Shown in pieces: positions 27,489-37,700 of a stretch of DNA of 64,000 bases. The stretch covers positions 473,141-537,140 of the forward strand of contig CAWEHW010000001.1 of NCBI GenBank assembly GCA_963809045.1, given 5' to 3'. A program made the translations under genes and the position numbers. This stretch comes from an uncultured Chloroflexia bacterium. Its GTDB lineage: Bacteria; Chloroflexota; Limnocylindria; Limnocylindrales; CSP1-4. Within the stretch, counting starts at the first letter, position 1. Every line of letters begins with the position of its first letter. The notes beneath the pieces are model-generated. The model saw only the letters and a list, made by a program, of their open reading frames with translations. It did not search any database and was not told the DNA's origin.

Positions 27489-29961
27489 GTGGCGGGATTC
27501 GGGCATGTGGGACCGGGCCCCAGAGTCGCCGCCTGGGATCCGCCCTGGCGGTCGCACGGACGATGAGGGTGGGCCGGGTGACACCGCCGCGAGCGTCGCC
27601 TGGCTCCGGGCGGGCCGTGGGACGGGGTACGAGGCGGATCGCGACCGGCTCACGGCCGACCGCGACCGGTTGCTCCCGCCCGACCGCGACCGGCTGCTCC
27701 CGCCCGACCGCGAACGGCTGCTCCCGCCCGCGTTGATCGAAGGTCGCCGGGTGGACCCCGAGAGCGGCCAGCTGGAGTCGCCGCCGCGGGCGACGGAGGG
27801 CCGGGCGACGGAGGGCCGGGTGGCGGATCGACTTGGACGCCCGAGCCGCTGGGACCCACCAGCGCCTTGGACAGCGACGATGGGGCGAGGGGGTGACCGT
27901 TCGGCGGTGGCCCGGGTCGAGCCGGAGCCTCCGCCCCAGCCCAGGGGTGGTTCGACCGTTGGCTTGTCGGACTGGGAGCGCTGGCTCGAGTTCTGCGCCC
28001 GGATCGACGGGTTCCCGCGCCATCTGTCGATCCATAGCGGCGGGATGCTGGTGACCGCGGCGCCCCTGATCGACATCGCCCCGCTGGAACGGGCGACCAT
28101 GCCCGACCGGGTGGTCGTCCAGTTCGACAAGCGCGATGTCGAGACGCTCAAGCTGATCAAGCTGGACCTGCTGGGTCTCGGGATGCTCGCGGCGATGGAC
28201 GAGACGCTCCAGCTGATCGAGCACGACTGCGCGGTCTGCCTCGACCTCGATCGGATGCCCGAGGACATCCCGGAGGTCTTCGCCATGCTCCAGGCGGCCG
28301 ACACGGTCGGGGTCTTCCAGGTCGAGAGCCGGGCCCAGATGCAGACGCTGCCCAAGTCGCGGCCACAGAAGCTGGACGACCTCGTGGTGGAGGTGGCGAT
28401 CATCCGGCCGGGTCCGATCCAGGGCAACGCCGTCCATCCCTACCTGCGTCGAAAGCAGGGACTGGAGCCGGTGACCTACCTCCACCCGAGCCTGGAACCG
28501 GTGCTCAAGGACTCGATGGGGGTGATCCTCTACCAGGAGCAGGTCATGCGGATCGCCATCGAGGTGGCCGGATTCTCGGCGGCCGACTCGGACGGGTTCC
28601 GGCGGGCGATGGGCACCTGGCGCTCCAGCCGCGAGATGGAGAAGCTCCACAGCCAGTTCTTCGAGGGCTGCATGCGCCAGCCCGGCATGACCGAGGAGGT
28701 CGCGGAGGAGCTGTTCCGCCAGGTCGCTGCGTTCGCCTCGTTCGGGTTCGCCAAGTCACACGCGGCGGCGTTCGCGCGGACGGCCTACGAGTCGTCGTTC
28801 CTCAAGCTGTTCTACCCGGCCCAGTTCCTCACCGGGCTGATCAATGCCCAGCCGATGGGGTTCTACCCGGTGGAGGTCCTGGTCAACGACGCCAAGCGCC
28901 ACGGGGTCGCCATCCTCCCGGTCGACATCAACGCCTCCACCTACAGGACGACGACCGAATGGGCGGGTCACCCCGGCTGGGTGATGGCCGGCGCAGCCGG
29001 TGATGCCGGCTCCCACGACGACGACCCCGGGGAGCCGTTGCCGGAGGGGTCGGGGATTGCCGCGCGACCGCGGCCGGTTCGGTCGCCGGCCTGCGTCATC
29101 CCGTCCACAGCGGCCCGCGAGCGCTGGATCCCCGAGACCGCCACCGGCTGGGGGGTCCGCCTGGGCCTGGGCCTGGTCAAGGGGATCGGGGAGCAGCACG
29201 AGGCGCTCCTGGATCGGGAGCTGGCCCGAGGCCGGTACGAGACCCTGGTCGACGTCGTGGAACGGACCGGGCTGCCAGAGGAGGTCATTGAGCGGCTGAT
29301 CCGGACCGGGGCGCTCGATTCGCTTGGGCGGCCGCGGCGCGAGCTGCTCTGGCAGCTGCGCGAGGTGGCCGGTGCGTCACGCGGTCGGGTCGATGGCCGA
29401 ACCCTGCGCGGTGCGGCACGGGCCGGCGGCCGGCGCTCGGTGGCTGCCGGGAGGCCGATGGACCTGCGCCTGCCCGCAACGGAGGCTCCGCCGCTCCCCG
29501 AGCTGACCGAATCGGAACGGATCGGCGATGCCTACGCGGTGATCGGGCTGGATCCCCGCCGCCAGGTCGTGACCTTGTTCCGCCCGGCGCTCGATCGGCT
29601 CGGCGCGGTCACCAACGCCTCGCTCTCGGAGCGGCGGTCAGGCCCGATCCGGATCGGTGGGCTGGTGGTGACCCGCCAGCACCCGATGACGGCCAAGGGC
29701 ACGGTCTTCCTCGCGCTCGAGGACGAAACCGGGATGGTCAACGTCACGCTCTGGCCGGATACCTGGGCGCGGCTGCGAAGCGTGGTCCGCAGGCACGCCC
29801 TGCTGCTGGTTGACGGCGACCTCCAGCGCGAGGGCGAGGTGGTCAACGTGGTGGCCCACGACATCCGGGCCCTCCCCGAGGTGGCCGCACCGGCCGGCGG
29901 CCCGGATCAGCCAGCCGGGGTTCGTCAGCTCGGGCACGCCGGGATGCGGAGACTCGGTTAG
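27259..29961 (+). CDS. dnaE2: error-prone DNA polymerase DnaE2/ImuC, C-terminal segment (fingers, HhH, OB; frame +1)
   Basis: After ~230 low-complexity residues come ERWLEFCARIDGFPRHLSIHSGGM, LIKLDLLGLG, VFQVESRAQM, IIRPGPIQG and an OB-fold tail. Overlaps the N-terminal segment (27259..27488) in a different frame. Confidence 0.8.
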   Translation: MGPGRRAGRRPPTSRPRCPCPTIPTAYQPLWCATARMPRPPTMHHPDWYVVSIKWIRLSLGADGLGPPMSRTTPVGKWRDSGMWDRAPESPPGIRPGGRTDDEGGPGDTAASVAWLRAGRGTGYEADRDRLTADRDRLLPPDRDRLLPPDRERLLPPALIEGRRVDPESGQLESPPRATEGRATEGRVADRLGRPSRWDPPAPWTATMGRGGDRSAVARVEPEPPPQPRGGSTVGLSDWERWLEFCARIDGFPRHLSIHSGGMLVTAAPLIDIAPLERATMPDRVVVQFDKRDVETLKLIKLDLLGLGMLAAMDETLQLIEHDCAVCLDLDRMPEDIPEVFAMLQAADTVGVFQVESRAQMQTLPKSRPQKLDDLVVEVAIIRPGPIQGNAVHPYLRRKQGLEPVTYLHPSLEPVLKDSMGVILYQEQVMRIAIEVAGFSAADSDGFRRAMGTWRSSREMEKLHSQFFEGCMRQPGMTEEVAEELFRQVAAFASFGFAKSHAAAFARTAYESSFLKLFYPAQFLTGLINAQPMGFYPVEVLVNDAKRHGVAILPVDINASTYRTTTEWAGHPGWVMAGAAGDAGSHDDDPGEPLPEGSGIAARPRPVRSPACVIPSTAARERWIPETATGWGVRLGLGLVKGIGEQHEALLDRELARGRYETLVDVVERTGLPEEVIERLIRTGALDSLGRPRRELLWQLREVAGASRGRVDGRTLRGAARAGGRRSVAAGRPMDLRLPATEAPPLPELTESERIGDAYAVIGLDPRRQVVTLFRPALDRLGAVTNASLSERRSGPIRIGGLVVTRQHPMTAKGTVFLALEDETGMVNVTLWPDTWARLRSVVRRHALLLVDGDLQREGEVVNVVAHDIRALPEVAAPAGGPDQPAGVRQLGHAGMRRLG
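27637..27729 (+). repeat. ~3.9 tandem copies of a 24-nt repeat (GACCGCGACCGGCTGCTCCCGCCC) inside the dnaE2 insertion
   Basis: Direct tandem units at ~27658, 27682 and 27706 plus a partial leading unit. They encode (D/E)RDRLLPP repeats. A 15-nt duplication (GCGACGGAGGGCCGG x2) follows at ~27789-27818. Confidence 0.7.
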
Positions 29962-30251
29962 CCGCCTCAAGGTGCCCTGCCGGTCCCGCCGTCGGACTCC
30001 CAGTCGAGGGCCGCGCCTGGATGGTGCGTTGCGGCAACGCCAAACAACCCGCGCACGCCAAACCCGCGCCCGGGCGATTGACACCACTGCCAGGGATCGC
30101 CAGCCTTCAGTCCGGACGACTTGCGGGATGCGCTCCTTATCCGGAGGGACGAGCGCGCTGGGCAGGGGCCGCGATGCGTATGAGGGGTGATCCCAAGCGC
30201 CGCTCCGCGCCCAGCCGCGCCGTCGAGCAGGAGTGATCGAGGCATGAAGCT

Positions 30252-32433
30252 GTGATCCGTGGCGCATTCAGTCCTGCCCGAGAACGACATCGCCTGCGGG
30301 CGCAGGCAGAGCGTCGAACCCGGCCAGGATCGACACTCACCACGCTGGTCGTCACCGCAGCACTGATCGCGACCTCGGTCGGCTCTCTCGTTGGTGCCAA
30401 GGGGACGCTCGCAGCGACGGTTCATGCCAGCGACACGTTCAGCCGCACCGTCGTCAACAGCTGGGGCAGTGCCACGACCGGTGGCGCCTGGACCCTCAGC
30501 CCGGCCGGCAACGCCGCCGACTTCGACGTCCCGGGCTCGGCGGGCACGATGACGATGCTCGCCGGTGCCAACCGCGGCGCCGTCCTCGCGTCGGTCTCGG
30601 CGCAGGACGTCGATCTCAGCTTCCGCGTCACGACCGATCGCACCGCCGTCGGCGGCAACCAGTACATCTACGGCATCGCCCGGCGGATCAACGCCAGCAC
30701 CGAGTACCGCGCCAAGCTGCGTTTCGCCACCAACGGCGCGGTCTACGTCCAGGGCACCGCAGTCGTGAACAACGTCGAGACCGGCATCGGCTCCGAGGTC
30801 CTCGTCAGTGGCCTCACCCGCAGCGCCGGCGCCTTCGTCCGCGTCCGGGCCCAGTTCCAGGGCAGCAACCCGACCACCGTCCGCATCCGCGCCTGGGCCG
30901 ACGCCGGCACCGAGCCCTCCACCTGGCAGTACACCCAGACCAACGCGGCCGCCGCCCTCCAGGTCGCCGGCGGTGTGGGTGCCCGGGCGTACCTGGCCGC
31001 AGCCACCACCAACGCGCCGGTCGTGGTGACCTTCGACGATCTCGCGGCCACGGGGATCGAGGTGCCCGCGCCTGTCGCGCAGTTCAGAGTGAACGAAGTT
31101 GAGTCGAGCGACGGCGCCAATCCGGACTGGGTGGAGCTCGTCAATGCGGGACCGACGGCAAGCAGCCTGGCCGGTTGGACCATCAAGGACGACGACGACG
31201 CTCATGCGTACACCTTTGGCCAAGGCGTCTCGCTCGGGGCGGGCGGACTCCTCGTCGTCGACGGGACGCAGTTGGGGTTCGGGCTCGGGCAGCCAGACTC
31301 CGTCCGTCTGTTCGCCCCCAACGCCTCGCTCGCGGATGCAACAAGCTGGACGACGCACGCCAGTCCCACGTGGGGCCGGTGCCCAAGCGGCTCCGGGGTG
31401 TTCGCCAACACGGCAGCATCCACGAAGGGGTCGGTCAACGTCTGCACCGGCACCGTTTCGTCCTGGCCGGGCGGGACGAGTGTCCAGACCGCGGACAGCA
31501 CGAATGCGTTTCCCTCGAATCTGAGCGGATTGACGTACGAGGGCACCGGCACCGCGTCTCCTGGCGTTCTCTGGGCCGTCCGGAACGGCCCGGAACTCGT
31601 GTACCGCCTTGTCTGGGACTCCCCCAACGCGGTGTGGACCCCCGACGTCACCAACGGCTGGACGGCGGGCAAGCAACTTCGCTATCCGGACGGGACCGGG
31701 CAGCCGGACTCGGAGGGTCTCACGCTCGCCGGACCCGACCAGTCAGGGCGCATCTTCGTGGCGGCCGAACGCAACAACCAGCCGGGCTTCAACACGGTGA
31801 GTCGCGCGAGCGTCCTTCGAGTCAGATCCGGCCAGTGCCGGCGCCGAGCTCATCGCGGAGCGGGAGTGGAACCTGACCGCCGATCTGGCTGCAGATGTCG
31901 GCGCACCGCTGGGCGCCAACACGGGTCCTGAGGCGATTGCCTGGGTCGCCGACGCCGACCTGACGGCGCAAGGGTTCATCGACGAGAGCACCGGTGCGCC
32001 GTACGACCCGACCGACTACCCAACGCATGGGTCGGGCCTGTTCCTGGTCGGGCTCGAACAGAACGGCCGGATCTATGCGTACGCGCTGAACGACGACGCG
32101 ATCAGGTCGTTCACCCGAGTCGCCACCATCGACACGGGTCTGCCCGGCGTGATGGCACTCGAGTATGACCGCGAGCTCCGTCAGCTCTGGGCCGCCTGCG
32201 ATAACACCTGCAACGGGCGCATGGCGGTCGTGACCGTCAGTGCGCAGGGGCACTTCACCGTGAATCGCTTCGTTGCGCGGCCATCCGGGTTGCCGGACGT
32301 CAACAACGAGGGCTTTGCCTTCGCCCCCCTCGCCGAGTGCAGCAACGGGACGCGACCCGCCTTCTGGGCCGACGATGCGAACACCTCCGGCCATGCGATC
32401 CGTCAGGGCACCCTGACGTGCTCGGCGTTCTGA
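30252..32433 (+). CDS. secreted lamin-tail-domain (LTD) protein with C-terminal esterase-like (phytase/SdiA-regulated-type) domain; apparent frameshift near 31.8 kb
   Basis: Signal peptide, then an LTD (FRVNEVESSDGANPDWVELVNAGPTASSLAGWTIKDDDD) and LWAVRNGPELVYRLVWD...PDSEGLTLAG. The track ORF ends at 31931, but the +1 frame continues convincingly to the stop at 32433. Confidence 0.6.
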
Positions 32434-32601
32434 GGATCGGGTCGAAACCCAGCATGCTCGGACGTCAGCCGCCTGCCCACTGCTGGTGGCGCAGCAATCA
32501 GGCTGCGACCGGCGGGACGTCGTCGAGGGACTACCTGCCGGCAGGGTCTTCGCTCTTCCCGATCGGGGGATCGTGTGCCGATCGGCGAGCTCGCCGGGCA
32601 C

Positions 32602-32880
32602 TCAGTCCAGGCGGGGCCGAGCACCGGCGGCACGAGGGTGGAAACTGGCGACGACCTGCGCCATGACTGCGGGCGCCGGATCCTGATCCGGATCCGGGTA
32701 CAGGGGTCGTTCCACGGCGACGATCGGACGGCGGCCGCAATCGATGTCCGCCGCGATGTCCGCGGCAAGCACGGGATCGAGGGCGACCGCGAACTCACGG
32801 CCGCCTTCGTCGACGCCGTAGCCGACAGCCCCGATGCCACGGAGCGCGACGAACTTGATCTCGAGGATGTGAACGCTCAT
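32602..32880 (-). CDS. hypothetical protein (92 aa)
   Basis: Internal ATG of track ORF 32602..33306: MSVHILEIKFVALRGIGAVGYGVDEGGREFAVALDPVLAADIAADID.... No family recognised. Confidence 0.35.
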   Translation of the reverse strand: MSVHILEIKFVALRGIGAVGYGVDEGGREFAVALDPVLAADIAADIDCGRRPIVAVERPLYPDPDQDPAPAVMAQVVASFHPRAAGARPRLD

Positions 32881-32944
32881 CGCACGAGCGTCGCCGATCG
32901 AGGCTCCGCCGCGCATTAGGTTGCGTGACCTATTCGAGGTCGCG

Positions 32945-33850
32945 TCAGTCCGCTCGGACGAGCTCCAGTACTGGCGCCAGCGCGTCCAGCGCCACCAGCG
33001 TCCCGGGGTGGAGCATGATCTCGAGACGCGTGAATCCAGCGTCGCGGAATGACCGGAACGCGTCGGCGATCTCCTCGGCCGAACCGGCGAGCGCGTCGGC
33101 CCGCGACGCCGTGGCGTCAAGGGGACGAACGAGGACGCCAACCGACCGCTCGAGCGTCGCCGGGTCTCGCTCCAGCTCACCGCAGACACGATCCAGGGAG
33201 GCGAGCCGAGGCTGCACCTCGTCGATGTGGGCACGCTCCTCGATGTAGCAGCTGTAGATATCGGCGTGTCGAACGGCCGCGCGCTGGCCGCGAGGGCCAT
33301 TGCCACCGATCAGGATCGGGATGCGATTCGGGCGCGGGCCGATCGGCTGCTGGAAAAGGTCGCGGGCCGCGTGCCAGGTCCCCTCGAAGTCGGCGTGGCC
33401 ACCGCGCAGGAGCGGGACGATGATCCGGAGCGCCTCCTCGAACCGTCCAAAGATGTGATCCTCGGGCAACCCGAACGCGCGCGCCTGCCCGGGCCATTCG
33501 TGACCCGCCCCCAGCCCGAAGACGAAGCGCCCGCCGCTGATCTCGTCGAGCGTCTCGGCCACCTTGGCAATGATCGCGGGATTGCGATGGAGGGCAGCCA
33601 TGACCCATGTGCCGACCTTCGTGCGTGACGTGACCGCAGCCACCGCACCGGCCATCGCGACACCTTCCCAGAACCCGCGGGGTGGACCGTCCGCGGATTG
33701 CCACAGGAGCTCGTCCGGGGTCCAGATCGTATCGAAGCCGATCGCTTCCGCCCGCTCCGCGAGCTGGCGGATCTCCGGCCAGCGGCGCGTCGCCCGCTCC
33801 GGGCCCTCCTGCATCAGCGGAAGGACTAAACCGATCTCGAACGTACGCAC
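32945..33850 (-). CDS. LLM-class (luciferase-like) F420-dependent oxidoreductase
   Basis: FGLGAGHEW...IPILIGGNGPRG...HADIYS. Second LLM paralog in the window. Confidence 0.8.
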   Translation of the reverse strand: MRTFEIGLVLPLMQEGPERATRRWPEIRQLAERAEAIGFDTIWTPDELLWQSADGPPRGFWEGVAMAGAVAAVTSRTKVGTWVMAALHRNPAIIAKVAETLDEISGGRFVFGLGAGHEWPGQARAFGLPEDHIFGRFEEALRIIVPLLRGGHADFEGTWHAARDLFQQPIGPRPNRIPILIGGNGPRGQRAAVRHADIYSCYIEERAHIDEVQPRLASLDRVCGELERDPATLERSVGVLVRPLDATASRADALAGSAEEIADAFRSFRDAGFTRLEIMLHPGTLVALDALAPVLELVRAD

Positions 33851-33863
33851 TCGGCTCTCCGGG

Positions 33864-34505
33864 TCAGCGACGGGCGGGCGCCTTCGTGTTGCTCGACCCT
33901 CGCGATCGTCCGTCGCCGGTTCGCTTCTGCGCCTGCTGCTGACGTCGACCGCGGTTGGGGTTGCTGAGGGTCAGGAACCGGCGATACCAGGCCGCGGCGG
34001 AGGCGAAGAACGCTCCCAGCATCGGCGACCAGATCAGCGTGTAGGCGATCGCATCCGACTGGCCGCTCGAGAACTGGGTCTGGAAGGGTTCGGGGAGCCG
34101 AAGGGCGAGGCCCATGGCGATGTAGCACACGGCGCCGACCAGGGAGACCAGGATCCCCAGCAGCCAGCTGGCGCGCGGGGCGAGGAAGCCGGCGAGGAAG
34201 ACGCCGCCCACCGCCGGCGTGACGATGAAGTACGTGAACAGCAACGGCGTGATCACGTCCGACCCACCGCTCACGGTGGTCGCGACCGCCGTGGCGACCG
34301 TGACAAGGACCGGGAGCCATAGCGCCTTGTGCGGGATCAGGGAGGGCAACGCCGCGAGGTCCTCGCGCACGTTGAGGGGTCGGAACGACGTCCGCAGCGC
34401 GGTCATGATCCCCATCCGCGGCACGTCCGCCGTCGCGCGAGCCGGTTCGCCGGAGCGCGCCGACTCGGATCCTTCCGATCCATCCTCGACGAGATCGGCG
34501 TCCAT
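33864..34505 (-). CDS. membrane protein, function unknown
   Basis: Met (MDADLVEDGSEG...) chosen inside track ORF 33864..34772. Acidic N-terminus, then ~5 TM helices and a basic C-tail. Confidence 0.45.
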   Translation of the reverse strand: MDADLVEDGSEGSESARSGEPARATADVPRMGIMTALRTSFRPLNVREDLAALPSLIPHKALWLPVLVTVATAVATTVSGGSDVITPLLFTYFIVTPAVGGVFLAGFLAPRASWLLGILVSLVGAVCYIAMGLALRLPEPFQTQFSSGQSDAIAYTLIWSPMLGAFFASAAAWYRRFLTLSNPNRGRRQQQAQKRTGDGRSRGSSNTKAPARR

Positions 34506-34744
34506 GGCGGCTCGGTAGCGACGCCGTGCCGCGGCGCGTTCGGATGAGGTTCGTTTGGCGCGGGCCACAGTGTCTCCTGTTGAGCGGGCTCGGCTGAGCG
34601 ATCGGACGTGGTGCATCGTAGTCGAACGCCAACGCAGTGGCCCCGATACGTCGCGATTGAGGCGCGCGTAAGCCGATGTGCAGCCTGCGCCGGTACAACC
34701 TCCCTCTGGCCCGCTGCGCATCCCGTCCATGTGGGAGAACACCG

Positions 34745-37700
34745 ATGGATCGTGCCCGGCGCGCTGGTGCAACCGCGCTCATCGTCGCCCTGCTCGTCAC
34801 AGCCAACGCTCCGGGGGCCCGGCCAGCTCTGGCGGCGGCCGTGTCGTGGCCCGTTTCGTCGCTCGTCGTGTCCGAATTTCAGACCGGCGGCGCATCGGCT
34901 TCGGATGAGTTCGTCGAGATCGCGAACCAGGGCTCGGCGCCGGTGGACATCGTCGGACTCGAAGTCGTCTATGCGACCGCGTCGGGCTCGACCGTGACGC
35001 GGAAAGCCGCGTGGGATGTCTCCACGGTCCTGCCACCCGGTCGGCGCCTCTTGCTGGCGAACAGTGGCGGCATCTTCGCAGCCGTCGCGGATATCGCGTA
35101 CTCGGGTGGGTTCGCGGCGACGGGTGGTGCGCTGGCGATCCGGGTTGTCGGCGGCTCCGTCATCGATTCGGTCGGCTGGGGCGACGCTACGAGCGGCATG
35201 GTCGAAGGCATCGTCGCCGTCGCCCCACCCGCCGGATCCAGTCTCGAACGCAAGCCGGGCGCAACGGCAGGAAACACGACCGACACGAACGACAACGCAG
35301 CGGACTGGTTCGTCCAGGGCACGCCGTCGCCGCAAGGCTTTGCCTCGCCGCCCGTCCCGAGCACGACGTCCACCCCCACGCCAACGCCGCCCTCAGGACC
35401 TACGCCGACACCGACCCCGACACCAAGCGCCACGCCGACACCCACGCCGACACCCGCGCCGACTCCAGGTCCGACTCCCACGCCCACACCAACGCCCGTG
35501 GCAACACCGACGCCCACCCCCGTGGCGACACCGACGCCCATGCCGACGCCAACACCAACGCCCGCACCCGGCGCCGTCTCAATTGCCACCGCACGGACGC
35601 TCGCGGACAACACCCAGGTGACGATCGATGGCGTCCTGACCACACATCTCGGGGTAGTCGAGTCCGGCCGCGGCGGGTTCGTCCAGGACGAGTCAGGCGG
35701 GATCGCCATCTACCTGGACGCCGCGGTCGTGGGCTCGTGGCCGGCAGGCACCGCGGTCACACTCCGGGGCGAGGTCTCGAGCCGGTTCGCCCAGCGAACC
35801 ATCCGCCTCGCCGAGAGCGATCTGGTGAAAGACGCAACGATGGACCTGCCAGTTGCCATGGCCATCGCGACCGGCTCGGCAACCGAGGCGCATGAGGGGA
35901 TCCGCGTTGCGTTGACCGGCGCGGTCGAGGGCTCGCCAAGCACCCTCAGCGACGGCATCGCGGTCAACGTGGACGACGGGACCGGCCCGGTGCGCGTCGT
36001 GATCGGAGACGAGGCGCTCGCAGGCGAGACGATCGCGTCCGGCATGATCGCCACGGTGTCGGGTCCCCTCGGTCAGCGCGACAGCTCCGGGACAGGCACG
36101 GCCGGGTACCGGGTGCACGCGACGCTGGCCGGGGAATTGCTGCTGGCCGCGCCCACACCCACCCCGACGCCCACCCCCACCCCTACGCCGACCCCGTCAC
36201 CCACCCCGACCCCGGCGCCGGGAGCGACACCGACGCCGAATGGAGATCCAACGCCCGGTCCCGGCCAGACCGTAGCCGGAGCGCGCGCCATGGACGTCGG
36301 AGCGTCGGTCAGCGTGACCGGCGTCGTCACCGCGGAGGCCGGCCGGCTCGGAACGCCGGCCCTGATCGGGCTGGCCGATGACACCGGCTGGCATCGCCGT
36401 CCGGTTGCCGAGCGGAGCCGAGGGCTTCCCGCGCGGCGCGCTCGTCGCAGGTCACGGGGACGCTCGCCGCGCCCTACGGTCAGCTCGAGATCCGCCCGGT
36501 CGCCAGTGGTCTCCGGGCCGTCGGAAGCGGCGCTGTTCCGGCACCGCTCCCGGCCGCGTCGGGTGCTCTCGATGAATCGCTCGAGGGCCGCCTCGTGTCG
36601 GTCAGCGGCACGGTTACGTCCAAGCCGAAGAAGTCGTCGGGTGGCGACCTGACCATCGTGCTCGAGCGTCCTGGATCGGCCTCGATCAAGATCGTGGCCG
36701 ACGGCTCGAGCCTGCTCGTCCGCGAGGCGTTCTCGGTGGGCGCGACGTATCGGGTCACCGGCATCGTCGGTCAACGGGCGACCAAGAAGGACGCGCCGGA
36801 TGGCTATCGCCTGTGCCCGCGTGACGCGGCGGACGTCGTGGCGATCGCGCCCGTGGCCGTTTCCGGCGCAGGAGGACCGGCGACACCAGGGTCAACCCCC
36901 ACGGTTCCGGCGAACGCGGCCGGCGCGGCCGGAATTCAGAGCATCGTCCCGATCAGCACGGCACTCGGCCGACACGACGTGGCCCTCGCCATCGAAGGGC
37001 TTGTCACCACGCCGGCGACCCTGCTCGACGCGACCGGGCGCCGGATCGTCGTCCAGGATGGTTCGGCCGCCATCGAGGTCCTCCTCCCGAGTGGCAGCGA
37101 TGCCCCGGCCGTGGGAGCGAGGATCAGGGCAAGCGGCAGCGTCGGCCTGGCCTACGGGGCACCCAGGCTTCGCGCCGAAGAGTTGACCGTGATCGGCACC
37201 GGGCGCCTGCCGGGACCGCTCGTCCTGCGTGCGGCACCCGCCCGCGCGCATGAATGGCGCCTCGTGTCGATCACGGGACGGATCGACGATGTCAAGAAGC
37301 TGGGCGAGCGATGGCGGGCCGAGCTGCTGGTCTCCGGGGCAAGGGTCGTGGTCGTCGGTCAGCCGGGTGCCGGGATCGCGGTCACGGCGCTGGCCGAGGG
37401 ACGCATGGCCACGATCGTCGGGATCGTTCGGCGGCCCTATCCGACGGCGACCGACCAACGGTTTGCCGTCACTCCGCGAACACCGGCGGACGTGCGAGTC
37501 CATGGCGGGCCGGCATCCGGCGCCGGCAATGACAGCCCGACCAGACTGCCGTCGGCGGGTTCAAATGGCGCACCGGCGTCGTCCCGCCCTGCCGCCGGGA
37601 CGGGTAGCCCCGGCGCGGTCGATGCCGACCTGATCGATCTGGCCGCGTTCAGCGGACGGCAAGTCCGCGTCGGGGGACTCGTCGTCGACCTTCGATCCGA

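Noticed and set aside
26950-27960. Intein or group I/II intron inserted in dnaE2
   Set aside because: No intein blocks (C/S...HN with homing-endonuclease motifs). No intron 5' GUGYG or domain V-like structure. The insert is low-complexity coding-like sequence with codon-phase repeats, so it is better described as a disordered insertion with a frame error or pseudogenisation.
29967-31676. 569-aa minus-strand ORF overlapping the LTD/esterase gene
   Set aside because: Arg/Gly-rich junk composition. The plus-strand frame carries a signal peptide and LTD and esterase motifs, so the minus ORF is a GC artifact.
35383-36246. Possible CRISPR-like or VNTR array from the regular PT-encoding repeats
   Set aside because: The repeats are in-frame codon repeats (Pro-Thr linkers) inside a large secreted protein. 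There are no unique spacers and no cas genes.
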